Of a stretch of 64,000 nucleotides of DNA, positions 35,687 to 49,891 are shown piece by piece. The stretch comes from Macrostomum lignano (taxonomy: Eukaryota): NCBI GenBank assembly GCA_002269645.1, contig NIVC01000099.1, positions 248,001 to 312,000 on the forward strand, read 5' to 3'. A model generated the notes under the pieces. The model saw only the letters and a list, made by a program, of their open reading frames with translations. It had not been told where the DNA came from and ran no database searches. Each line of letters begins with the position of its first letter. The stretch's first letter is position 1. The position numbers were made by a program, and so were the translations under genes.

Positions 35687-36637
35687 TTCGCGGCGGCATC
35701 TGGACTGGGCGCCCAGCTGAAGAGCTGGACAGCTCGTTAATGAGACAGACAAACACATTAAGACTCGAACCCGCGACTTCACCATCGTTTTGCTGTGTTT
35801 AAAAAGTGGTACCAGAAAAAATAACGAAGGAAAGCATCGACTGTGTCCAGACCGATTTTTAAACACGAATCTGCTGTCTGTTAATCATGTTTGCAAGCAT
35901 CGTAGACTTAGCAAAATCCTACATTTTATTTCCGCTTCACTTCCCAGCCTTGTATCTCCCATCCCCTCCAAAACATTAACACCGTATTAACCAGTTTTGT
36001 AATCTCTTATGCTGAAGCTAATGAATATCTTTATTGATTGATTGTTGATGACAGCTGATTGGCAGGTATTGGTTGGGTGGTCTGCTGGCCTAAGCATATA
36101 TTTTAGGCTGGCTTTGATGTTGTTGTTGCTATCGCTATATTTTCTCATCAATATTTTTCTTTATCCATTTCGCAATAAAAGCTGTATTCATTTTTGACTC
36201 TGACTCGACTTAACATTTAATGAGTCACCCGAATCAATCCAAACCGCCCATCCAGCTTCCCGCTGCATCGCATACCTGATTAGCTAATCTTAGTTTTACC
36301 ATTTCAAAAATCAAACACGCATGCGCAAGTTTTTGTTGAAAAAAATTACACACAGTTTATGCGTAAATAAAATATATCTATATATCGATACACATTCATT
36401 CATTTGAGCCGCTTTGCGCCCCTTTCTGGACAGTAAAATTCCTTGATTGTTTCGTTCTTGTCTGTTTTTAACTCTCAGCATCCATACCTACTTTATTGTG
36501 TAGGATAACTAGAGTTATTTATTTTGGAAAACATTTGCTCTATTCACTACTAAGCCGAGTAGGTTTTCCTCTCTATTCTGACGGCCTGGGTGCTGTTTGA
36601 AAGAAGAACAAAATAAGCAGCTTTGTCTGACTCCCAG

Positions 36638-37308
36638 GTGAGGCTAATCTAGTGCCATTTCCAGCACTCACTGCTCCCAGGTGAGGCTAATATAGTGCCA
36701 TTTCCAGCACTCACCTCTCCCAGGTGAGGCTAATATAGTGCCATTTCCAGCACTCACTGCTCCCAGGTGAGGCTAATCTAGTGCCATTTCCAGCACTCAC
36801 TGCTCCCAGGTGAGGCTAATCTAGTGCCATTTCCAGCACTCACTGCTCCCAGGTGAGGCTAATCTAGTGCCATTTCCAGCACTCACTGCTCCCAGGTGAG
36901 GCTAATCTAGTGCCATTTCCAGCACTCACTGCTCCCAGGTGAGGCTAATCTAGTGCCATTTCCAGCACTCACTGCTCCCAGGTGAGGCTAATCTAGTGCC
37001 ATTTCCAGCACTCACTGCTCCCAGGTGAGGCTAATCTAGTGCCATTTCCAGCACTCACTGCTCCCAGGTGAGGCTAATCTAGTGCCATTTCCAGCACTCA
37101 CTGCTCCCAGGTGAGGCTAATCTAGTGCCATTTCCAGCACTCACTGCTCCCAAGTGAGGCTAATCTAGTGCCATTTCCAGCACTCACTGCTCCCAGGTGA
37201 GGCTAATCTAGTGCCATTTCCAGCACTCACTGCTCCCAGGTGAGGCTAATCTAGTGCCATTTCCAGCACTCACTGCTCCCAGGTGAGGCTAATCTAGTGC
37301 CATTTCCA
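36638..37308 (+). repeat. 43-bp tandem repeat, ~15 copies, unit reads GT...AG
   Basis: Unit GTGAGGCTAATCTAGTGCCATTTCCAGCACTCACTGCTCCCAG. Confidence 0.97.
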
Positions 37309-38067
37309 TCTTCCGCGACTACTAAAATTCACCTGCCATCGCAGTCGATCAGCGAGACTTTATAAGCCTCTGATTACAGAGTACTTATAAGCGCACCGGT
37401 TAATTTGTCCTAGCTATTGGAATCCACGCCGGGGTCAGTCTGCAGCCTGCAGCGTATAAAGTACGACAGAAGACTCTAAGAGTTCAATGCTTTATTTAAG
37501 TTTGCACGCACAAGCACTCACAGTCAATGCTTATTCTGACAGTCTGAAATGTAATTAAGGAAAAGATAGACGGCTCTTACTGAGAATCCGTGCGCGCTGA
37601 GCTGGCGCGCCGACGCACCTGCGGCGATGGAGGAGGGGCGCAAGAAGAGGCTACTTGAGACGTTGGAGAGGAGCTCGTGAAGGAAAATGAAATCGAAATT
37701 GAATTTAAATAGATGGACCCACCCGACAAGCTTCTGTGGCTGGAGAATCGAGGGCACAAAAAATGGCTAGTTTTAATAAACGCCATAACTGGCTTCATAT
37801 GCATTCATTTTTCGTAGCGAAAAGCGTTGCCTCTACTTGGCACAATATTGAGCAAGGTTTTACCATAGAAAGACTTGTTTAAGAATGGCGTCTACGGTTA
37901 CTACTCGTATTTTTTCGATTCACAAAATAAGGAGTTTTGGCCATAGACAATTTCTTAGATTTAATTCTTTCTTTTCTCTAAAGTGCTGGTGTGCAAATTT
38001 GGGGGCTCCGCCGCCACACCCCGCAAGGGGGCTTAGCGCCCTCTTGACCCCGCTGTCTTCTGACTTT

Positions 38068-38402
38068 GCCATAGACATTTTTAGCGGGCCGTGAAACCGA
38101 CTGAATACATAGGAATAAATGGGATTTTACCATAGACAGTCTCAGCGGGCCGTGAAATCGACTGAACACATAGGAATAAATGGGATTTTACCATAGACAG
38201 TCTCAGCGGGCCGTGAAATCGACTGAACACATTGGAATAAATGGGATTTTACCATAGACAGTCTCAGCGGGCCGTGAAATCGACTGAATACATAGGAATA
38301 AAGGGGATTTTACCATAGACAGTCTCAGTGGGCCGTGAAACCGACTGAATACATAGGAATAAAGGGGATTTTACCATAGACAGTCTCAGTGGGCCGTGAA
38401 AC
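38068..38402 (+). repeat. 61-bp tandem repeat, ~5.5 copies
   Basis: Unit CCATAGACAGTCTCAGCGGGCCGTGAAATCGACTGAACACATAGGAATAAATGGGATTTTA. Confidence 0.93.
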
Positions 38403-39654
38403 GCGGTTTCTCGCCCGCTGACTATAACACTAATATGGATGGGCGCAGAGACCTTTGCGGGGGTGTGGAACCCTTCAATATTGGTATATTGTGCAGTGCA
38501 ATTTATTTACTGAATTAATTTTCAACTCGGTATCATAAAACAACGAAAAAACACGAAATTTCGAGGCTGAAGGGAACTAATTGGAACTCTGCGGCGATCC
38601 TATAAGCGGGTGTCTCTTGATTTTAAGAATTTGAGCTGGAATCGAGGATCCGTGATTGACTGCGTCGACCAGGAGTTGCCAGTCTTCTGTTCGAATTGCT
38701 GAAGCCATAAAAATGTACAATTTAAGTTCAGATGCACCAGCCCCCACATTTCTTATTCACTAAACCCGAGTTTCCAGTCCCTTCTTTCTATGGTAAACTT
38801 ATATCGCAGAAGTCCCTGCTCATACTTTTTTCATCATGATTGTTTGATGTTAGGAAAAGGTGCTTGAAGTTTGATCATTGCCGCACTTAACAGTTTAATT
38901 CTGATTGCCTGCGCTACAGGTAGCTCGTATAGTTTCTGCTTAACCGGTGCAACAACTGCGAGTTGCAAGCTTTCTCCCAGACGGCTACCGTTTGTTATTT
39001 AGGTTTTCTCTTTGTCGAACACCTCAATGCAAACTGCAATTCTCTACAACTTTGCACAGTTGCATTCATAAATTACAGCTCACTCACATCCTTTCATAAT
39101 CTATTAATAAATGCTACGGCCATAAGCTGTGGCTGCGCCTGTTGCTCACGTCTGCTGCAGTTGGAAAGCTGTGCATGGCGCCCATGCCTGCAGTAGTCGC
39201 TGCTTCGGAGAAAGGGTTGGAGAGCCTGGGACTGAAGCATTTGAGACGGCTACTTATACTGGAATTGGAATGCGGCGTTGCCTATTTTTTTTTTACAACT
39301 GCAGAGCGCTCGGCCTCCATAGGCTGCCGGTGCTGTGGGTGGGCTCAGGGGGCGTAGCAGCCCTGCATATTTAAGATAAGCCCACAGCTCTGGCCGCTGC
39401 CATGCAGGTGTTGCGAATTCCGATCTTTGATCAGGATCTTTATTAGATTCGATCATGTCTACCTGGAATGTTGTGAATTTCGCTATAAATTTTTACTCGT
39501 CTGGATGCCACATGTAGTCCCAGTTCGATACGTTGAGAACGACATCTGACAAAAGGTGAGATTTGTCTATAATTGCTGAGGCTTAACCCGTAGCTAGGAC
39601 CCACCGTCAACTTTGCAGCTTATCCCACTCTACCCATCATGGCGACCTCACTCT

Positions 39655-40570
39655 GCCCACCCACCTACCTACCTCAATTAATCCGTAAATTCACCCCTAC
39701 CTACCTCAATCAATCCACGAACTCACCCCTAGCTACCTCAATCACTCCGTGAATTCACCCCTACCTACCTCAATCACTCCGTGAATTCACCCCTACCTAC
39801 CTCAATCAATCCGTGAATCCGCCCCTAGCTACCTAAATCACTCCGTGAATTCACCCTAGCTACCCCAATAACTCTGTGAATTCACCCTAGCTACCTCAAT
39901 CACTCCGTGAATCCGCCCCTAGCAACCTCAATCACTCCGTGAATCCACCCCTAGCAACCTCAATCACTCCATGAATCCGCCCCTAGCAACCTCAATCACT
40001 CCGTGAATCCACCCCTAGCTACCTAAATCACTCCGTGAATCCGCCCCTAGCAACCTCAATCACTCCGTGAATCCGCCCCTAGCAACCTCAATCACTCCGT
40101 GAATCCACCCCTAGCTACCTCAATCACTCCGTGAATCCGCCCCTAGCTACCTCAATAATCTGTGAATTCACACTAGCTACCTCAATAATCTGTGAATTCA
40201 CCCTAGCTACCTCAATCACTCTGTGAATTCACCCCTAGCTACCTCAATAATCTGTGAATTCACCCCTAGCTACCTCAATAACTCTGTGAATTCACCCCTA
40301 GCTACCTCAATCACTCCGTGAATCCGCCCCTAGCTACCTCAATCACTCCGTGAATCTGCCCCTAGCTACCTCAATCACTCCGTGAATCTACCCCTACCTA
40401 CCTCAATCACTCCGTGAATCCGCCCCTAGCTACCTCAATAATCTGTGAATTCACCCTAGCTACCTCAATAACTCCGTGAATTCACCCCTAGCTACCTCAA
40501 TCACTCCGTGAATCCGCCCCTAGCTACCTCAATAACTCCATGAATTCACCCCTGGCTACCTCAATCAATC
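39655..40570 (+). repeat. Degenerate ~31-bp minisatellite (TCACTCCGTGAATCCGCCCCTAGCTACCTCAA)n
   Basis: Read directly. Confidence 0.95.
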
Positions 40571-43346
40571 CTCCTCACAATTTCATCAAGCGTAAGAAGC
40601 ATATAGATGCAACATGTACATGAAGTGCTCGGAACTACATTGTGTGCCATGCACACACTGTATAAAAGCAAATAAGAGTCCCAGTTGACTTTGTGGCAGT
40701 CTGACTGCATGTAAAATTAAACACTTCCTGGCGCTGGACCGGCCCACACCGCTGACGCTGCTGGGCATGCGGACTTTGCCCGGAGAAATATCGAAACCCT
40801 CAGCTGTTTTACTTAATCTGTAGGCATGAGTTACTCAGAGAGATAGGGTGTAGAGCTGAGAAACAATGCCAGTTTCTTATCAATGTTTGCTAGCATGCGT
40901 GCAGTCACTTTATTTAGAGGCAGAGCACGTAGAGGCAAAAGAATGGTGCAGGTTGACACAAACTGACCGAGCAGTGAGAGCATGAGCACCAAATACGGCT
41001 GCTAGCGCTTGCTAGCCTGGGCTGTGCACAAATGCAGCTGGCTGTATAAAACTCAAAGCCTTACAGACACTCAGCTGCCGACATGAAAACAATCATTCTG
41101 GACAACACTTATAATACCTAACTTGAATTCTTGTCCGTCTGAAACAGCTTGAAGGCTTGCCTCTTGTCTACTATGTCTACCACACGGCATATCTTTTCTC
41201 ACCATCTGCGTCTTGTAACCCGCGCGGGCACAGAACTTTCTTTCTGTTCATTTTTTGACAAGCTAGGAAACACATCTTGAAGGGTCTCGTTTGCTGCAGT
41301 CTTTTTAGCGCCATAAAAGTTTCTGTCTTTGCGTATTCGCTGCTCAACCAGAAACACTTGACAAATGAACTTGTAAACAATCATTCAGGGAATTGACAAC
41401 CAGTCTCAGAGCAAACGGACTTGAACCAATTTTATGCAACTGGTTGGTGAATCAATAACAAGTGTTAGCGAAAATCTCATGAAGTATTCGAACTTTCGGA
41501 AGAGCGTCTCAACGGGAGAGCCTCCGAGTATGGACAGTATGAAGGCAAGGAATACTCAAGTAGGACGGGAAACATCGTTTCTTGGAAAATTTTAGGAGGC
41601 CGGTTTTTTCGAAAAAAAATACACTACGGGGATAGGAAGTTTTCATTTTTTCAGCACAAAATGTTATTACTTTTGATTTGATAGGAGGCAGAGCCAATGT
41701 TCATCTTTTGATATGCTGTGCCTTTCTTATAGCTCTACCCGTATCGATATTTGTAGAGCTTTGGAAAATTAGTAAGATTCCATATTTTTTTCTTTAACGT
41801 ACATTCCCTGTACCTAAGAATCATAAAAATTCATGACACAGCTCGATTCATTAGTTTTATGAATCTACTTTATCATTTCCTGTTACTCATATCGTTACAG
41901 AGACAGCTACGAATGATAAAATAGATTAATAAAACCAAATGAGCCAAGCTGTCGTTGTAATGGTTTTTAGACACAGGACAAGTACAATTGTAGGTAAAAT
42001 AAAAAGTTAACATAGAATAATAGTTTTTTAAATGAAAACTTTATTATTATCAATAGAGCTATAAAAAAGGCACACCATTACAAAATATTAACATTGGGTA
42101 TGGCTCCTATCGAAACAAATAACACAATTTTGTGCTGAAAAAATGCAAACTTGCAGACTTGCAAACGGAAAGCCATGAACAGCTCGACGGGAAAAGCTCG
42201 TGCTCCAGCAAAAAGGACTTACAAATTTTAGAGTGCATTAAGTGGTGGAAAGCCGATTTTACGCAGACATTCAGAATTCATCTGCAGATCAAAATGCATC
42301 ATTCATTCACTTCAAGTAAGATAGATATCGAATGAAAAAACCTAATGAAAAGAGCTGGGCAGTTCAAAACGCAACTATAGATTCCAATCAGATTTGCATT
42401 CGGTCTGTTTTTACATGATGTAAATTACTAAAGAACTCTAGCTTGGATTTTTAAACCGAAAATTCGCCCACGGCACAATTGTGACGGTCATAAATTTTAG
42501 ACCTAAGTCGTTGCTGGAGCAGGAGTTTATGATCTGGGCTCGCAGATGGCCGCGTGATATTTGTAAACATGCAGAAATAATATTTAATGAAATCGCACTG
42601 GAAATTCAGGAACGCCCCGCACCCACTTGGGCACTTTGAATCCAGATCAAAGCTCTCGTATTCGTTTCTGTCCTTGCCTATCTCCGAGCGGACTGCGCCA
42701 AAGCTACCGGCCCGCGGGGAGGGGCGGCGTGCAGCGGCATGGTGCAATGCCGCTAATAGCCATTAGTCTGTCAGATATTATAAAACCTGCCTTTATCGAG
42801 ACCCAAAGCAAGCATATAAAGATAGATACAGTAAATAGATATATGGGGCTTAGTCGCACCTTGTTGCAAAGTACCGCCATTTAAAGGCATTTTCAGCACA
42901 ATAAAAAGCCGGCCCACGTATTGCTCATTGAAGTATCAAAATAGTATAAATAACTCAGAAAGAAACTATAAAAATGCAAAACAACTAACTAGCTGTTATG
43001 GACTATCTGAAATTGGTAAGTTTGGCTCAACATTCGAATTCTCTGCATGCTTGGCTAGCGAAACACTGAAAAAGTTCTCGTTAATTTGAATTTTCGATTT
43101 GAAAAATTTAATAACAAAAACTGCTAAGATAAATAATAACATGGATAGTGTGATGAAATGCTTTAAACATGCAGTGACACAAGATACTGTAAACAGAGTG
43201 ACAGTACGTTATGCAGTGTTTGAAAATACTATGCTGAGTACAGTGGAGTAGTGGGAGTATGGCACATTATGAAATGCCATTCAATGAAAAACTTATTTAA
43301 TCACAGGTCTCCTGACTGGCAACGTGCGGAGACTTGCCAGCAACCG

Positions 43347-46300
43347 ATGCGGACTCGGCCGCCTCCGCCGCTGCTCGCCGTCCTCCTCTTTGGATCGGTC
43401 TGCCTGGCGTCAGCTGTGTCGGATTTCGACATTCCTTCCGGCAGCAATGGTCTGGAGGTGGATTTGTCCGGTCGCAATCTAAGTCAATCTGTGCGTCTAG
43501 CTGTTGTCATGACAACGCCAAAGCCTCTGCCTGGCGAGCTGACAGGGACGATCGCCCTGAGGCTGCTCAACGTTTCCGAGAACCCCCAACTGCGGAATAT
43601 TGTGGTGGACGGCTCGCTGCAGGTTAGACCATCCTTAGTGCTGTACATGTACGGCATACATGTACATAAATACTATCAACAAGCTGCGGGATGTGTCTAG
43701 GCATTCGATAGAGCTGTAGGATGCATTCGATAGAGCTGTAGGATGCATTCGATAGAGCTGTAGGATGCATTCGATAGAGCTGTAGGATGCATTCGATAGA
43801 GCTGTAGGATGCATTCGATAGAGCTGTAGGATGCATTCGATAGAGCTGTAGGATGCATTCGATAGAGCTGTAGGATGCATTCGATAGAGCTGTAGGATGC
43901 ATTCGATAGAGCTGTAGGATGCATTCGATAGAGCTGTAGGATGCATTCGATAGAGCTGTAGGATGCATTCGATAGAGCTGTAGGATGCATTCGATAGAGC
44001 TGTAGGATGCATTCGATAGAGCTGTAGGATGCATTCGATAGAGCTGTAGGATGCATTCGATAGAGCTGTAGGATGCATTCGATAGAGCTGTAGGATGCAT
44101 TCGATAGAGCTGCCGCTGACTTATAAGGACCCTGACTGTTGTATTTTGCCGTTGTTGTTGTCATTGCTATTGAGAAGGTTAGATGCAACAACATTCATTT
44201 AAAAGAAGGAGCTTGCTGTCCACAACTCCCAGGTCATGCAAATCGACACTCTAGACATCAGTGGGACCTCTGTAACGCCAACAAAGGAGCTGGTCGAATT
44301 CAATTCGCCCCAGGACGTGCTCCTCACCATTCGTCAAGTCTTTATCAACTGTACGGCTCAGCCGGAAACTCTCTTTGATTTGCAAAGCTTCGCCGAGCTG
44401 CTGTACCGTCTGCGCTCTCAGACCTTTGTCCTTGACGGCTGGCCTGTGACGAACTTCTCCGCCAACTTCAGCCAAGCTGACAACTTCTGCCAGAGCAAGA
44501 ATTTTGAATCGATCAGCGTTCGCCGTGCCCGGATCCACCGACTGACCGACGCTGTCGTGAGCGCCACCCAGAGCATCGACTTCAGCTTTAACGACATCAG
44601 CGAGGCGCTCGGCGTCTCCTTCAGCTCGGCAAGCGTAGACCTCCGCGGCAACCGGCTCAGCCGCCTGGCCTCCGTGAGCTTCAAACCGGGAGCTTCCTGT
44701 CGCACTGAGGTCACCGGACCTCCCGAGGTTCGACTCGATGACAACGCTCTGACGGTGGCCACTCTAGTCGAAGCCATTGAAAGCTCGGCTTCTCAGCCGA
44801 TTGTGCTTCGTGGTCTGGACTTGTCGCACAACCCGCTGGTGGCTTCTATGCCAACTACAGGGAAGCCAGAGAAGCGAATCCAAGTTACCGAGTGGCTTCG
44901 GCTCCGGGCTGTTGTTGGCAGCGAAGGTAGGAAATCCAGTATGTCGAATGAAGCACTCTTAGTTAAACAACTCTGTTGGTTCCATTCGTACATCAAAGGC
45001 ACTATAACTATAACAAACACCTTTGTTGGAATGATTTGGTAAACAACGACTTTGCCTGATGCGTCTTAATGTTTCTTAGAAAAGACTATCCTGTATAGCA
45101 AAGTCAAGGAGATTTGGGTTTTAGGGTTAGCAGGCAGTCATTACACGGAGGAAATTAGTTGTATTTTTAGCAAAGATCAACTTATCGGCTTGACGAATTT
45201 TTTTCATCAATTCGAAGCTTTTCCAAAATTTCCCTAAACCAGCTGGTGACGACTCCAATCGCAACCTGACAGCGCAAAGACTTGGCAGCCTGCTCAGTCG
45301 ACTTTTTGAACCACCCAAAGTCGGCGGCCCTGCCAGTTTGGACCTGTCCAGCAACCAGCTGGACAGCCTGGCCGCGGCTTCCCACGTTCTGCTGGCCTGG
45401 ACTGGCGGCGGACCGTCGGCTGCTGGAGGACCACTGCAACTGGCCGAGCTCCGGCTCGCTGGCTGGAATGCCCACACCGATCATCTCAATCTGAGCGAAC
45501 TTGACCCGGCCGTCCGACCAACGCGATGGCTCGACCTGGGAGACCTGGGCAACGGCGTACGCAGCCTGTCGGTTGTTGCCAACCAGAGTGTTAATGACAG
45601 CTTCAACGGCATGAAGGCGGCGTGGAATGGAGAGGTTAGAAAATCGAAATCTTTTTGTTCCCATCTTTCTGTTCATTCTGTTCACCGCAAAACTTGAATC
45701 GGTCCATCCACCTTCGGCTGTTGCAAGTGATGTTGTGAACAGTTTGCTGCCTAATTTGGTTGTTGACTTTGAAAGACTTTTAGATTTAATTTCAGATAGT
45801 TGTGCTTCTGTAGACCCTTTTTATTTATACAATTTTTTGGATTAGTTCGTTTATGAAAAAGTCATTCAAGAAAAAGAAGATACTCGCTGTTATAGAAACT
45901 GTTTCGGGGAGATGCTACTAACGAGTAGTGAGCAAAGAATATCAAGCAAATCTCTTATAGTGTGTGGGTAAAGGTTGCATGTAAACTGACTGTGACATTA
46001 GAACTTGAAATTTGTGACGACAGATAAGCCCGTAGCTCGTCTGAAGAGTAAGAACTCAGAAACCAGTCCTGAATATCACGAGATCAAATCACGTTTTGGG
46101 CACTCATTGAGAGGCTCTCTGACAAGGTTGTAGTTGACGTAGACAGGAAGCTTTAGGCAGGATGTAGCAGACATGATTTCGTCATTGTAGTCGATACTAA
46201 TACGTGTAATTATTGATATACGAGCTATTAAATGTCTCACTTAAGGGCTACTGAAAAATAGCTTAATTTTTGCTGTTATTCTTCCTCTAAGTCTAGGCTA

Positions 46301-46748
46301 AAGTACTTTAAATTGGTAAAGAGAACATTTCTCTGTCACTATTAATACGCGCATATCATATGAAGCTGATTGGTAACGGCTCAACCAGGTGCGCCTCCAA
46401 CCTCTGCCCGGTGCTTGCTGCCGCGCCCAAGGCTCCAACGACCGGCTGCTGTTCTGCTTCATCCGGCCGGAGACGCACGCTGGCTATCGTCGGCTCATCT
46501 GCGGTGGCCAAGAACGCCCGCCTACAGCGCCGCCGACCCCGCCGCTGCCGCCAGCGCCCGCTCTGGTTCTCGCGCTAGCCGCAGTTGCTGCCTGCCTGGC
46601 CATCCTGCTCGTCGCGGTCGCCGCGGTTGGCTGCGTTCGACGTCGCCGGAAGCATCAATCGACTCGATTGCGATCTGAGCCTCAGAAGTCGCCGCGACAG
46701 GATGTCGGGGTGGAGGCAACCGCGTTGAGACCGGTTGAGGAGGCATGA
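43347..46748 (+). CDS. Leucine-rich-repeat type I transmembrane protein (4 exons, ~547 aa)
   Basis: Exons 43347-43622, 44233-44926, 45321-45634, 46389-46748 (phases 0, 1, 0). Signal peptide, LRR motifs (VDLSGRNL, LNVSENPQL, VDLRGNRL, LDLSHNPL, LDLSSNQL), Cys-rich juxtamembrane region, Pro-rich stalk, TM followed by RRRRK, ~37-aa tail. Confidence 0.8.
43702..44111 (+). repeat. 22-bp perfect minisatellite (GCATTCGATAGAGCTGTAGGAT)n, ~18 copies, LRR gene intron 1
   Basis: Read directly. Confidence 0.97.
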
Positions 46749-48236
46749 GAAGCAATCCTTGACTGCTGTGCAGGTTTCAATCCACTTATGCGTTCCGCTC
46801 GTTCTTTACAAACGTATACTTTGGGGCCAGTCCGAAATCAAAGAAATTGCTGAGAGAGTTTGACCGGTTCAGAATGCTTCAAATCTCCTTAGCCTCTTGC
46901 ACCGCTGCTTCCATTTTGTGCAATCTGTATAGTGCCTATGCCAGTATGGAATGCTGTAGAGCCATAGCTGCTTATTATTGCATTATGACTGCGGCTTTCT
47001 GCTTGACGAATTTACTTTTTCTTATCGTTGATTTAGCTAGCTGCGGTGTATTTACTAGCGTGCTAATTGATTTGTTGATCTAGTTCTTCGTTCTCTATGC
47101 ATTAAAGCATTTTTATAGCGAAGTACGTTCTTTCCCAAGCTACATACATGTTCATGCCGGTCTTTGTCCCAGTTTCCACTCGCGACAGCTCGTACAGAGT
47201 TGCCCTTTGCTTTCAAGTTGATCGCATAAGTAGGCCGAAAAGTACATTAGAAAAGTCTGACCAATGAGCTGAATGCAATATGCGCCTGGTCCATCCATCG
47301 CCTGTAAAATGTTTAATACAATTAGTGTGCAAATCATTTTATATATACGAGTATAGTATAACTTAACTATTTCCAAGTATAACAAACTTTACAGTAATTT
47401 CAGTTGAATGTGACAAAGTAACTTCTCTGTCTTTAAAGTTTTTTTGCTGGTCAGGACTTTTCATGAAGGAGCGTAACTTCAGTACTTGAAGTCTTATGCA
47501 CCAATACAGTATAGGCATATCGCTTTTATGCTTGTATCCTACGTTTGCAATCTTCCAACCATCCGGTTGTTTTATCTCCTTTTATCTATCTAACTGTAAT
47601 CCTGAGCTTCGAAGGCATTCGAAATTCCTACTCGTATTGACTCAAAGTAACCCTCTTTCGCAGTTTCGTATCTAGGGAAAATACTAAACGACCGACAAGT
47701 AATACATCTTAAACGTCCTCCCATATTGCAAGTAAAAGAGTGTCCAGAAAGTCTAGAATACCGTGTAGACTAAGCGTAGCTATTCGAGTTAAATTTAGCT
47801 ATTAGCGCCCTGGGAACACACGGAAAGAATAGCGGGCCAGCAAGTGATTCGCCAGAGCCAACACCAGTGAATTAAAGAATGTGTAAAATAAACACCAGGA
47901 GCTCATAAAACTACACGATAATATTAGGCAATTAAAGCTCAATAGCAGATCGTGAGAACATGTAGCTATAATTAAGATAAAGCTAGAGCATTTTAAATTT
48001 AAAGTGTAGCATTGTGGGAACACCTAGTGAAAAACTGGGCCCGACAAATGAAGTTCGAGAAACAGTAGCTTACTGCAATACTGCATGCGAACGCAGCCAC
48101 CTGTTGCAGTTTCTAAATACGTATCACTATCGTACTGAGTATAAATTGCAACATAAAAATCGCTCTGGCCTGAATTAGTCTGGCCCATATCCATATCTCA
48201 AGTCAGTCTGAGCTCCCCAGTCTGTGGTCACCAGTC

Positions 48237-49550
48237 ATGCAGCAAACGCAACGTCTATTTCCGGTACTGCTGTCGCTTTTGTCTCTGCTGCTTCTTGCAG
48301 CAGCTGCGGTGCCCCGTCTTGACAAGGACTTCAATGAAAACTATCGTGATGACATCGTCAACAGTCGAGACTGTTCGGTGCCAAAAAGATCCTCTGCTCA
48401 GGAGGCCATGAACGAGCTGTTCACCTGTCTGTTGGAGACTCATGTTCAGAATACTGAGGTGTTCCGACTCGCCAGGTGACTATATGGGCTACTAATATGT
48501 TGAATTTTTATACTTATACGTACTTCATCATCAGAGACTTACGCTACACTTCAATTTTGGCGGATGTGTGTATGATCTGTGTGTATATGCGGTTACCGGC
48601 ATCCTTTATTAAGCTAAAGCTTTTTTGATAAGCCTTAAAATTTGGGAGACTTTCACGAGCTCATACTTAATTAACGAAGTCGCCTCCACCGACAAACAAT
48701 CATAGGTACGAGTAAGTGGTGTAATTCTAGTTACGGCTGAGCTCGGCTTCCCTTTTGTCAGATAGTTACATGTATTCTGACTCAATCGTTCAACTCGCCC
48801 ACTTGCTTCAGACAGATCGACTTCGGTGGCATTGCCGGAAACGGGGTCACACAGAAGCCCCTGCTTACAAGATTGTACTCCATCGCCAAAGTAACGGCCG
48901 CCAGCGAAAGTTACCGGCGCTACTTTGACGTTGTCTCGATCTTCACTCCAGAGCTCGGTCAGGATGAAGTCCGTGGTTCGAACGAGCTTGCGCTAGAAGC
49001 CGCCTACCTGGCTCACCTACTGAGCACACCGTTTATTCGTGACACCTACGCTACTCTGCGGGCTAATAATGCTATTGATGCGGCAGTTTCGCTGAACCAG
49101 TTCGTTTACGGCATAATGTACGACCATTGGTTCAAGCTGTACGCGCGAACTTCCAAGGCGCATGCGGCTGGCCGGAGGGAGAGCTCCGGCTTCGGCCACG
49201 TGTTCGTTGGCGAGGTGAAAACCAACGATGTGACCGGCTTTCACAGCTGGCTGCAGCTGCTACTGGCGGAGACGCAGGGCAATTTTGACTACAAGGGCTA
49301 CGTGCGAATCCAGGACAGCTCGGTGCTCATTGGCGGCATTCAGTTCAGCTGGATGGGCCGTTCGAAGTCGCTGTCCAGCGTAATGTTCGGCGTTCCACCG
49401 GAGTTCGAATTGGCCCTCTATTCGGCCTGTTTCATAGTGAACCCCGGCCGCAGGACCAACTTGTCAATCAAGGGTCGACCTGTTTCAGTGCAGACCTTCT
49501 ATGTCAACCACCAGCCTGAGTCAGTGGCAACCGCATACCCGATTGTCTAA
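48237..49550 (+). CDS. ENDOU: EndoU/XendoU-family (PP11-like) endoribonuclease, secreted (2 exons)
   Basis: Exons 48237-48475 and 48812-49550, phase 2 (AG|GT..AG|A). Signal peptide; SSGFGHVFVGEVK, VTGFHSW, KSLSSVMFGVPPEFELALYSACF, TAYP. Confidence 0.88.
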
Positions 49551-49891
49551 GAGCTGAGAAATATACACGAATTTTATGAGTCAAGCGAGTGTCCCTCTGC
49601 ATGACAATAGCCTGGTTACTTGAGATGTACATGTTGCACCTCTGTACGATACGTGAACGTGAGATAAGTCACAGTTAATTCTTTCTATTAGAGTCAATAC
49701 ATAGACAAAGCAAAGTACAAATACAAAGTTCCATTCACAATGCACTATCAGTCCCACATGATAGTGGGCCAATGCACCGTGGTAGTAAACATAAATTTTT
49801 TTCGACCAAGCTATATATGTACGAAGGTTTTTCTGCAAGTATTTTAGTCACTTCTCACTAATTGTGTCACGTTATTGATGTTGGCCGTGAC

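Noticed and set aside
37524-37804. GC-rich patch with short ORFs
   Set aside because: No recognisable domain or consistent exon chain; may be a non-coding exon.
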